This document shows, in pieces, positions 27,678 to 35,726 of a DNA stretch of 64,000 bases. The stretch is from an uncultured Spirochaetota bacterium (lineage in GTDB: Bacteria; Spirochaetota; Spirochaetia; SZUA-6; Fen-1364), in contig CAVQAA010000005.1 of the NCBI GenBank assembly GCA_963710335.1, positions 61,004 to 125,003 of the forward strand. The letters are read 5' to 3'. Both the position numbers and the translations under genes were made by a program. Within the stretch, counting starts at the first letter, position 1; the number at the start of each line of letters is the position of its first letter. Below the pieces are notes generated by a model. The model ran no database searches, had not been told where the DNA came from, and worked only from the letters and a program-made list of their open reading frames with translations.

Positions 27678-28231
27678 CTCGTCCCTCCTTCGAAAGTGAT
27701 TCGCTGGAGTGGAACATATTCCGCCCCGCCGCGACCCAGGATGGACTGGAAGAGCACGCATTCGCAGATGGAAAACCGCGTGGTGGGAAGCTTGACCGCG
27801 GAACTCCAGCCCGGCTCGACATGCTGGCTGGAGTTGCGCGCAAGCGTTACGTGCGGAGCGAAGCCCCGCCTGTCGGGCTCCCACCCCAGGGGGGAGATCG
27901 CCGTTTCAAGTGCCTCCCAGCAAGAGCGAAGGTGTCTTTCCTGGTCGTCCAGGGCTATCCACAGGACCCGGGGATTGCCTCCCTGGGGAAACTGGCCCAG
28001 CGGGCCCAAGCTCGTCATGAAAGGAGCCCTTTTCAATCGAGAGTCCGAGAAGACATGGAGGAGGCCCGAGAGGGCTCCCTCATCCACTTCTCCGAAGAAA
28101 TGCAGGGTCAGGTGGTATGCGGACTCGGAAACCCATTTCAGCCTGGGTAAGCTCTTGCGGATTGGCGTGATGAGCGTGGAAATGGCATCCACGGCCGAGC
28201 GAGGAAGAGGCAGCGCAGCGAACACCCTCAC
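27674..28231 (-). CDS. thpR: RNA 2',3'-cyclic phosphodiesterase (2'-5' RNA ligase family, ThpR/LigT)
   Basis: Part of ORF 27674..28501. GTG 28231 overlaps the recO stop (GTGA). It has the two HxT/S motifs, HLTLHF and HVTLAR, and is 185 aa. Confidence 0.85.
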   Translation of the reverse strand: MRVFAALPLPRSAVDAISTLITPIRKSLPRLKWVSESAYHLTLHFFGEVDEGALSGLLHVFSDSRLKRAPFMTSLGPLGQFPQGGNPRVLWIALDDQERHLRSCWEALETAISPLGWEPDRRGFAPHVTLARNSSQHVEPGWSSAVKLPTTRFSICECVLFQSILGRGGAEYVPLQRITFEGGTR

Positions 28232-28980
28232 AGGGCGGCCCCGACAGAGCGAAGCGTGACGAGCTCCCCCTCCAGCACTGACTGCACCATCATGGGCAGC
28301 GCATGGCGCAGCGCCCGCAAGCCCGTCGTGTCCAGGGTGATCTGCGCAGCATGGAAAAGGGGCAGGTGCCCGGTTGCCGCGAGGTAGCGCAAGGCGCCTG
28401 CAGGAATGGTCAGCGCATCCGGCAGCGCGCATGAGGGGCAAAGGAAGCCCTGAACGGACGATGAAAACAGGCCGGCCCCTGCGTGCAGCAAAACGCCGCA
28501 CTGGCAGCAGGTATCCGTGGCCGGCTGGTACCCGGCAAGGGAGAGGAACCGCCAGAGAAACTGGATGGTGACGTAGGGCTCCCCCCGGGTCTCCGCCTTG
28601 TCAAGAAGCTCCAGCGACTCGACAAAAAGCCGGAAAAGCATGTCCGAGGTCTCTCCTGCGGCATACGATTTGAGGGCAACCTCGGCCCAGAGGGAAGCGG
28701 CGCAAAGCCGGGGCAGATCCCTCGTCACCGACTCGAAGGTCCGGCTGATCTCCAGCTCCATGACCTTGTAGCTTTGTTTGACCGGATTGACGTACAACCG
28801 GGCCAGGGAGACCGTAAACGGCTCGCTGCCCATGCGGAGGGAGCTGTGCATCCTGTACGCGCCGTACGCCACGGCGCGGACAAGACCCATGTCGGATGTA
28901 AGAAGGACAAGGCTCTTGTGGAACTCGCCAAGCCTTTCCCTGCGGATCACGATTGCCCGGGTGGTGAGGTTTCTGTACAT
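28228..28980 (-). CDS. recO: DNA repair protein RecO
   Basis: Part of ORF 28228..29049, starting at ATG 28980. Begins MYRNLTTRAIVIRRERLGEFHKSLVLLT (OB fold) and has the zinc motif CCQCG...CPSC. Confidence 0.85.
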   Translation of the reverse strand: MYRNLTTRAIVIRRERLGEFHKSLVLLTSDMGLVRAVAYGAYRMHSSLRMGSEPFTVSLARLYVNPVKQSYKVMELEISRTFESVTRDLPRLCAASLWAEVALKSYAAGETSDMLFRLFVESLELLDKAETRGEPYVTIQFLWRFLSLAGYQPATDTCCQCGVLLHAGAGLFSSSVQGFLCPSCALPDALTIPAGALRYLAATGHLPLFHAAQITLDTTGLRALRHALPMMVQSVLEGELVTLRSVGAAL

Positions 28981-28999
28981 CTCGGCGGGTCCCCGCACA

Positions 29000-29028
29000 A
29001 TACTAATTGAGATGAACCCACGTGACAA
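29000..29028 (-). promoter_or_regulatory. putative sigma-70 promoter of the recO operon
   Basis: Minus strand reads TTGTCA (29028-29023), a 17-nt spacer, then TAGTAT (29005-29000). It lies inside the longer ORF extension, which supports the 28980 start. Confidence 0.45.
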
Positions 29029-29112
29029 GGCTTCCGCCTTAACCAACACTTAACCGACCGCTCTTACCTTGCCCATGGAACCGCCGGGACGGCGGTTGTG
29101 CGGAGGCAGACG

Positions 29113-31038
29113 ATGAGAAAAATGATCCCCCTTTTTGCGGCGCTTCTCATGGCGGCGTGTACTTCGTCCGCTCCTTCTGCTACGGAAGGAGACCCGGCTG
29201 TCCAGAAGCAACTGGTGGCGCCCAGCCAGGAGCCAAGGCTTTCCACGGATCAACTGGTGGCCCTGGTGAGGCAGCACGTGAGATACGTGTTCGTGCTCTA
29301 CCAGGAGAATCGCTCGTTTGATTCGTATTTCGGGACCTTCCCCGGAGCTGACGGTCTGTACTCTCAACCATCCGATCGGACGCCTGGCTTCTACCAGGAA
29401 ATCACAAACACCGACGGTTCACTCTCCCGCATCCAGCCGTTTCGCATCGGCCCTAAGGAGTTCGCGGCGGACACCGACGACGTCGATCATTCCCACGCGC
29501 TCCTTGCAGCGAAAATGGACGTCGTGAACGGTGCGGCTTTGATGGACAGGTTCGCCTCGACCGAGGAGGCAAAGTACGCCAAGGGCGGCAAGCCTTCACT
29601 CATGGCAAAGCAGTTCGGAGAGCTTGCAATGGCATATATGGACGGCGACACGATCCCGTTCTTGTGGCGTTATGCCAATCGGTTCGTGCTTTTCGACCGT
29701 ATTTTTCAGTCGATGGTAGGGCCATCAACGCCAGGCAACCTGGCGATCATTGCGGCCCAGGGGGGCCAGACGCAGGAAGCCCTCCACCCTGAGCAACGGT
29801 ACACAGGCAACGGAAACCAGGGGAAAGGAGTTCCGGTCTTGAACGACAACGACCCCTACTGGGGATCACCGGATGACCCGACCGCTTCGGGCAAGCAGCC
29901 CGTCAATCCCAGAGACTTCCCCGGCTACGGCGTCCAGCTGAACCAGACCTACGCTACCCTTCCGCTTTCCCTGGCAGGAAACGACGCACAGGGAGAAACA
30001 GCGGCGGATCGCGACGGCCCGGGAGACCTCGCAGATGTGCGGGACGACATTGCTTTTCTCACAAAAAACGGACAGGAGCCTGTTCCCTGGGCGTGGTACG
30101 AAGAGGGTTATGACAAGGAGCCCACCGACCCTGATCAAGGTCCCACCGACGCCAACGGCACGCACGCCTCCTACATAACCCACCATAACGGTCCGCAGTA
30201 CTTCGGCTACGTCGCCAACAATCCCAGAATGAGCGGGAACCTTCGGGGGCTTTCGGATTTCTTCACGGCAGTGAACCAGGGTTCGCTTCCGGCCGAGGGC
30301 GGAGTGTTTTTCGTCAAGGGAGGCTACGTAAACATTTTTGGAATGAAACCGGCGGACCCCGACCCTGCGGTGCAGAGGAACTTTCTTGGCGATGACGATC
30401 ATCCCGCCTATTCGGATGCGCAGATCAGTGAAGCGCTCCTGGCAAAGGCGGTCAACGCAATCGCGCGCAGCAGGTACTGGGGACAGTGCGCAATCATCAT
30501 CACATGGGATGACTCCGAAGGGGATTACGACCACGTGCCGCCCCCCATTCGCTCGTACGGCCCCGACAAGAGCGTCATCACGGACGGACCCCGTGTCCCG
30601 CTCCTGGTGATCTCCCCCTACGCGCGGACCCACCAGATCTCGCACGAGACGGGAGACCACGGGTCGGTGGTCAAGTTCGTGGACCGTGTGTTCGGGCTCA
30701 CTCCGCTGGCACAACTGCCGGATGAGCTTTCCGGACGCAATCTGGGGAAGCAGCAACTGGGCCAGAATGACTGGGGACCGAACGACGCACTGAGCCCGGA
30801 TATAAGCGACCTCGTGTCCGCGTTCGATCCCGCGCGCCTGGCAGGATCCGCTGCGCCTCTGCCCGCCGAGTATGCAATCATCCCCGATGAAATCGTGAAT
30901 GTCCTGCCGCAGGACAGCGGGTACGGTCTGAAAGACATCGGTGTAACGCCGGTCGACAAGGCCAGGAGCCTGCCGAATCCCGTGCCTCCTGATTTCAACC
31001 CCAGGCCGAGGACGAACCCAACGCCCGTCAGCCACTAG
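29113..31038 (+). CDS. phosphoesterase family lipoprotein (phospholipase C / AcpA acid phosphatase family)
   Basis: Part of ORF 29098..31038. ATG 29113 sits 6 nt after GGAGG. Lipobox LLMAAC. Contains the hallmark VLYQENRSFDSYFGTFPGADG, then WDDSEGDYDHVPPP. Confidence 0.85.
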   Translation: MRKMIPLFAALLMAACTSSAPSATEGDPAVQKQLVAPSQEPRLSTDQLVALVRQHVRYVFVLYQENRSFDSYFGTFPGADGLYSQPSDRTPGFYQEITNTDGSLSRIQPFRIGPKEFAADTDDVDHSHALLAAKMDVVNGAALMDRFASTEEAKYAKGGKPSLMAKQFGELAMAYMDGDTIPFLWRYANRFVLFDRIFQSMVGPSTPGNLAIIAAQGGQTQEALHPEQRYTGNGNQGKGVPVLNDNDPYWGSPDDPTASGKQPVNPRDFPGYGVQLNQTYATLPLSLAGNDAQGETAADRDGPGDLADVRDDIAFLTKNGQEPVPWAWYEEGYDKEPTDPDQGPTDANGTHASYITHHNGPQYFGYVANNPRMSGNLRGLSDFFTAVNQGSLPAEGGVFFVKGGYVNIFGMKPADPDPAVQRNFLGDDDHPAYSDAQISEALLAKAVNAIARSRYWGQCAIIITWDDSEGDYDHVPPPIRSYGPDKSVITDGPRVPLLVISPYARTHQISHETGDHGSVVKFVDRVFGLTPLAQLPDELSGRNLGKQQLGQNDWGPNDALSPDISDLVSAFDPARLAGSAAPLPAEYAIIPDEIVNVLPQDSGYGLKDIGVTPVDKARSLPNPVPPDFNPRPRTNPTPVSH

Positions 31039-31040
31039 GC

Positions 31041-32075
31041 TCAGTCGCTTGCCACGCCGGTAGTCCTGGTTGCGTTCAGATCGGAGGGGAGGGAGAGGAA
31101 GTTCATGGGATCGAGGTAATTATCTCCCAGATGCACCTCATAGTGCAGATGGGGACCGGTGGCAAGACCCGTGGCTCCTACGTACCCAATGACATCACCC
31201 CGGTTTACATGGGCTCCCGAGTGGGTGGTGATGCGAAGCATATGGAGATATCCCGTCATGAATCCGTACTTATGCCGGACGACAACGAAATTGCCAAGGA
31301 CATCATTGCAGCCGGTCTGGGCGACGACTCCGTTCGCCGCGGCGATGATCGGGGTGCCGACGCCCCAAGCCACGTCGATTCCCTGATGCAGGTAACCCAG
31401 GCGGGAAAAGGGGTTGATGGTCCAGCCGAACCTGGTGGTGATGACTCCGTGCACCCCTTTGAGCGGCCACATGGTGGGAGTATCCGCCAGGAACTCTTTG
31501 TATGTCCTGAGAATCTTTCCGACGTCACCAACCATCTCGGCGGAGTTTTCCAGGAGACTCGTGGCATTCTTGATGCCGGCAAGAGCGGACAGGCTGGTTT
31601 GTCCAGCGTCAGTCACGGAGAAAAGGGAGGCCACCCCGCCGTCCGTCGACACTACGGGGCCCTGATTCGCAAGGGCAAGCCGAACGTTCTGGACACTGGC
31701 CCGCACGCCCCTTTCGGCCCCGCGCAGCTGCGCGGCCGCGTCACGCAGGTTTTCGAGGGCAGATTCGCTTGCAAGATAGTCCTGTGAGACCTGTTTCAGC
31801 CTCGCGTTCGCTGACCTGGCGTGAGCCGCCAGGAGAGCGAATCCCGCCAGAACAAGGCTGATCAGGAACGTGAAGAAAATGATGGAGAAGAAAGAGAGCT
31901 GGAAGTTGAATACCCGTTTCTCCGAGTGAGGGACCACCATGACGGTGAATCGCCGTCCGCCTTTCTTCAGCGCGTGAACAAAAGCATCCTTGGTGGACCT
32001 TCGAATGCGGCGCATGCGAAGGTTGACGGCTCGCGCGAACCGGTTTTCCAGTTTCTTGTATTCTGCAGCGATCAA
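31041..32075 (-). CDS. M23 family metallopeptidase with an N-terminal membrane anchor and coiled coil
   Basis: 344 aa. TM segment FFSIIFFTFLISLVLAGFALLAA. Contains HQGIDVAWGVGTPI and GPHLHYEVH. The start (TTG 32075) is uncertain. Confidence 0.85.
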   Translation of the reverse strand: MIAAEYKKLENRFARAVNLRMRRIRRSTKDAFVHALKKGGRRFTVMVVPHSEKRVFNFQLSFFSIIFFTFLISLVLAGFALLAAHARSANARLKQVSQDYLASESALENLRDAAAQLRGAERGVRASVQNVRLALANQGPVVSTDGGVASLFSVTDAGQTSLSALAGIKNATSLLENSAEMVGDVGKILRTYKEFLADTPTMWPLKGVHGVITTRFGWTINPFSRLGYLHQGIDVAWGVGTPIIAAANGVVAQTGCNDVLGNFVVVRHKYGFMTGYLHMLRITTHSGAHVNRGDVIGYVGATGLATGPHLHYEVHLGDNYLDPMNFLSLPSDLNATRTTGVASD

Positions 32076-32194
32076 GACAATTCAGATATACCGCGATTGA
32101 ACGCCAGGCGTTGTCAAAAAGCCCTCCTCAGCGGTATTTTGTAGAAAGCCACCTGAATAGTTTGGATCTCGGCATAGCAACGGAGACATGACAA

Positions 32195-34534
32195 ATGAGT
32201 GACCACCACATCGTCCCAGCTGATCAGATTTTGCCCGCGCGCCTCTTCGTCATCCCCATTCACGGCAAGCCGATATTTCCCGGCATCCTCACGCCCCTGA
32301 TGTTTCCCTCCGCGGCGGACGCAGACAGCATTGAAAAGGCCATCGCGGCGGACAGCTTCATCGGGCTGGTGCTTACGAAATCAGATGACGTGGAAAATCC
32401 CGCAGCTGATGACCTGTTTTCCGTCGGGACAGTGGCCAAAATTGCCCGGCGCATCAACCTGCCTGACGGAGGAGTCAACATCTTCATCTCCACCGTGAAA
32501 CGCTTCGAGATAAAGCGCGTGCTCCAGGCCTCCCCGCCTATCAGCGTTGCCGTTCAGTACCTGGAGGACGAGAACTTCGACTCGGCTGAGGTGAAAGCCC
32601 TGACGCGGGCGCTCATCAGCGAGATGAAACAGGTCTCAGAGAACAACCCGCTTTTCTCCGAGGAAATGCGGCTCTCAATGGTAAACATCGATCACCCCGG
32701 AAAGATCGCGGACTTCATCACCTCCATCCTCAACATCGATCGGGCGGAGCAGCAGAAAATCCTGGAGATGACGAACGTGCAGGCGCGAATGGAGCATGTG
32801 CTCATCTTCATCAAGAAGGAACAGGAGCTGATGAAGATCCAGAAGAAAATCCAGGAGCAGCTCAACGAGAAGATCTCCAAGAGCCAGAGGGAATACTTCC
32901 TGAAGGAGGAGCTGAAGGCCATCAAATCCGAGCTGGGAATGGCGGTCGACGCCAAGTCCAGCGAGTACCAGCGGTTCAAGGAGCTGGTGGAGAAGCTGGG
33001 CCTGCAGGGCGAGGTCAAAGAGCAGGTGGAGCAGGAGCTGGAGAAGTTCTCCCTGATGGATGCAAACTCCCCGGAGTTCACGGTGACCCGCAACTACCTG
33101 GAAACCATCACCAGTCTGCCGTGGAACGATGACACGAAGGAGACGCTGGACATTGAAAAGGCCCGCGCCATTCTCGATGAGGACCACTACGGCCTGGACG
33201 ACGTGAAGGAACGGATCATCGAATACCTGTCTGTGCGCAAGCTCAAGAACGACACGAAGGGCTCGATCATCTGCCTGGTTGGGCCTCCGGGCGTCGGGAA
33301 GACATCGGTGGGAAAGTCTATTGCCCGCGCCCTGGGCCGAAAGTTCTTCCGCTTTTCCGTGGGCGGCATGCGGGATGAGGCTGAGATAAAGGGACACCGA
33401 CGGACGTACATCGGGGCAATGCCTGGCAAGATCATCCAGGGGCTCAAGATCGTGAAGACGCGAAACCCCGTGTACATGATCGATGAGATCGACAAGCTGG
33501 GCGCTTCCTACCAGGGGGACCCGTCATCCGCGCTGCTGGAGGTCCTGGATCCGGAGCAGAACGTCGCTTTCCGGGACCATTACCTCGACCTCCCGTTCGA
33601 TGTCTCCCACATCCTCTTCATCACCACGGCCAACACCCTGGACACCATCCCGGGCCCGCTGCTGGACCGCATGGAAGTGATACGGCTCTCGGGATACATC
33701 GACAGCGAGAAAGTGGCCATCGCCCGCGCGTATCTCATCCCCAAGTCGCTGGAAGCGTCAGGGATGGCGAAGAACGCGGTGAGGTACGACAACGGCTCCC
33801 TCAGCGCAATTGCCGACGGCTATGCCCGGGAGGCAGGCCTTCGCAATTTCGAAAAGGCGCTCGACAAGATCCATCGAAAGATTGCCCGAAAGATACTGTC
33901 AGGCGAGGCGAAGCCCCCTATCGCAATCAAGAAAGACTCGCTGGCAGAGTACCTGGGCAAGCCCGTGTTCGAGGACGAGGAGATGGCGCAGATCACCAAA
34001 CCGGGGATGGCCATCGGTCTTGCATGGACGCCGCTGGGCGGAGCCGTGCTGGCAATCGAGGCTGTAGCGAACGCTGGCAAGGAAGGCTTCAAGCTGACGG
34101 GGAAGCTGGGAGAGGTGATGCAGGAATCCGCAAGCATAGCCTACTCATTTGTCCGGCACGTCTCCGCGGATCACGGCGTCAGTCCCGATTTCTGGGAGAA
34201 GAACCTCATCCACTTGCATGTCCCGGCCGGGGCCACTCCCAAGGACGGCCCGTCTGCTGGCATCACGCTGGCTTCGGCGCTGCTGTCCCTGGCGACAGGG
34301 AAGAAGATCAGGAAATCCCTTGCCATGACGGGTGAGTTGTCCCTTGTCGGCCGTGTGCTTCCCATTGGCGGTCTCAAGGAAAAAGTGATTGCGGCCCGGC
34401 GAAACAGAATAAAGCAGGTGCTGTATCCTTCGCAGAACCAGAGGGACCTTGACGAGATTCCTGAGCACGTCCGGGAAGGCATCACGTTCCACCCGGTTTC
34501 GACCATGGAGGAAGTTATCCAGAAGGTTTTCTAG
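32195..34534 (+). CDS. lon: ATP-dependent protease Lon
   Basis: 779 aa with a LON N-domain, Walker A GPPGVGKTS and the protease motif PKDGPSAGITLASAL. Confidence 0.95.
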   Translation: MSDHHIVPADQILPARLFVIPIHGKPIFPGILTPLMFPSAADADSIEKAIAADSFIGLVLTKSDDVENPAADDLFSVGTVAKIARRINLPDGGVNIFISTVKRFEIKRVLQASPPISVAVQYLEDENFDSAEVKALTRALISEMKQVSENNPLFSEEMRLSMVNIDHPGKIADFITSILNIDRAEQQKILEMTNVQARMEHVLIFIKKEQELMKIQKKIQEQLNEKISKSQREYFLKEELKAIKSELGMAVDAKSSEYQRFKELVEKLGLQGEVKEQVEQELEKFSLMDANSPEFTVTRNYLETITSLPWNDDTKETLDIEKARAILDEDHYGLDDVKERIIEYLSVRKLKNDTKGSIICLVGPPGVGKTSVGKSIARALGRKFFRFSVGGMRDEAEIKGHRRTYIGAMPGKIIQGLKIVKTRNPVYMIDEIDKLGASYQGDPSSALLEVLDPEQNVAFRDHYLDLPFDVSHILFITTANTLDTIPGPLLDRMEVIRLSGYIDSEKVAIARAYLIPKSLEASGMAKNAVRYDNGSLSAIADGYAREAGLRNFEKALDKIHRKIARKILSGEAKPPIAIKKDSLAEYLGKPVFEDEEMAQITKPGMAIGLAWTPLGGAVLAIEAVANAGKEGFKLTGKLGEVMQESASIAYSFVRHVSADHGVSPDFWEKNLIHLHVPAGATPKDGPSAGITLASALLSLATGKKIRKSLAMTGELSLVGRVLPIGGLKEKVIAARRNRIKQVLYPSQNQRDLDEIPEHVREGITFHPVSTMEEVIQKVF

Positions 34535-35096
34535 GCCAGGTCTTCAGCGGGAATCCTGACCGCGCCCTGGCGCAGGACTTTGCAGGGACGGCTGGTGATA
34601 TCCACCAGCGTGGACGGAGCCCCCGGGGGGAGGCTTCCGGCATCAAAGATGAGGTCCACATCACCCTCGAACTCCGCTGTCATTGCGGCCACGTCGTGCA
34701 TGGGGGCGGACCCCGCGCGGTTGACGCTGGTGGAGTACAGCGGCCTGCCGACCTTCTCCATCAGTCGCAGAAGAAACGGGAAATCCGGTAGACGCAGCGC
34801 AACCGTTCCCCCCCGCGAGCGGGGAACACAAGGGTAAGCGGACCTGGCCAGTATCGTGAGAGCCCGGGCGGCACGGGAGCATCGGACATTTGCGCAATCC
34901 AGGAAGCATGGGCGATGAGCTGGAGGAACGGTTTGTCTTCTCCCCTTCCCTTGATCCTGCGGATTCGATCCTCGGTGTCCGGAGCGATGCCGACGATCCC
35001 GTACATCGTGTCGCAGGGAACGATTGCGACGCCGCCGCCGGCCAGCACCTGTGACAGGCGGTCAAATGATCGTGGATCCGCGGCGCGCGCAATCAT
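34531..35096 (-). pseudogene. tsaC: L-threonylcarbamoyladenylate synthase (YrdC/TsaC family), split by a -1 frameshift in a C7/G7 run
   Basis: ORF 34761..35096 (PCDTMYGIVG, WPGPLTLVF) and ORF 34531..34761 (GRPLYSTSVNRAG, PSTLVD) are two halves of one YrdC domain. They rejoin as PARGG(G)TVALRLPDFPFLLRLMEKVG if the run at 34808-34814 had 8 bases. The span is 566 nt. Confidence 0.85.
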
Positions 35097-35101
35097 GACG
35101 A

Positions 35102-35548
35102 TCAGGCGCCTCGGCGCTTCCTCCCGGAGGCGCGGCCGGCAAGCATCGCAAATGCCGCAAGCAGGGCGGAGACGCCCAGGCCGGTTGCCTTGAATACAGT
35201 GTTTCGCGACGTCTTATTCTTTCGAAGCTTGAGCATGTCCCCAACCTCGTACGAGCCGGAGGGATGGTCGTATCCCTCGAGCTTCACCACCTCGTCCCCT
35301 GCCCGATAGAGCCCGATTTCCCGCGCCATGACAAGGCTCCGCTCTGCGTCATCCCTGAGACTGGAAAGCTCTTCGTTGAGGCGCGAATTTCGAGCCTGGA
35401 GTTTTTCGACGTTTGCCGCCAGGTTCTGTCTGTAGTCGTCGAGCCGCCGGTACGCAACCAGGCCTGAGTCCCCGAAGAAATATATCAGGACCGATGCGAC
35501 GATGAAGCCCGCGACGAAGATGGGCAGGAGACTGCGCATACTCTTCAT
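35102..35548 (-). CDS. septum formation initiator (FtsB/DivIC)-like membrane protein
   Basis: 148 aa. An N-terminal TM (LLPIFVAGFIVASVLIYFF) is followed by a coiled coil (YRQNLAANVEKLQARNSRLNEELSSLRDD). A second hydrophobic segment sits near the C-terminus. Confidence 0.6.
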   Translation of the reverse strand: MKSMRSLLPIFVAGFIVASVLIYFFGDSGLVAYRRLDDYRQNLAANVEKLQARNSRLNEELSSLRDDAERSLVMAREIGLYRAGDEVVKLEGYDHPSGSYEVGDMLKLRKNKTSRNTVFKATGLGVSALLAAFAMLAGRASGRKRRGA

Positions 35549-35664
35549 TCCTGATAACGGCGCACGCCCGGCTAAAGATGAGGAGAAAAGGCATGCTTGA
35601 CGCTCAATCCCGCCGTTGACAACTGCAAAACCTACGGATTACTCTTTCATGAAGAGAATTGCGT

Positions 35665-35692
35665 GAAAGTGAGAGGCATGTCTTGCCGATAA
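35665..35692 (+). promoter_or_regulatory. putative sigma-28 (FliA)-type promoter
   Basis: GCCGATAA at 35685-35692 is an exact match to the sigma-28 -10 consensus. It is preceded by tGAAAG at 35664-35669, giving -35/-10 spacing one nt longer than the E. coli consensus TAAAGTTT-N11-GCCGATAA. It lies about 30 nt upstream of the next start codon. Confidence 0.45.
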
Positions 35693-35726
35693 TGAGGAGA
35701 GCGTAACGTATCCTCAGGAGATGGGA

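Noticed and set aside
29866-31035. 389-aa antisense ORF opposite the phosphoesterase gene
   Set aside because: It is a shadow ORF with an Arg-rich composition. The sense strand carries the ENRSFDSYFG hallmark.
32090-32140. Sigma-32 heat-shock promoter or a CIRCE/HAIR-type operator upstream of lon
   Set aside because: Only weak partial matches to CTTGAA and CCCCATNT are present. A 13-nt palindrome AACGCC-A-GGCGTT and a modest sigma-70-like TTGTCA-18-TATTTT exist, but neither is convincing enough to call.
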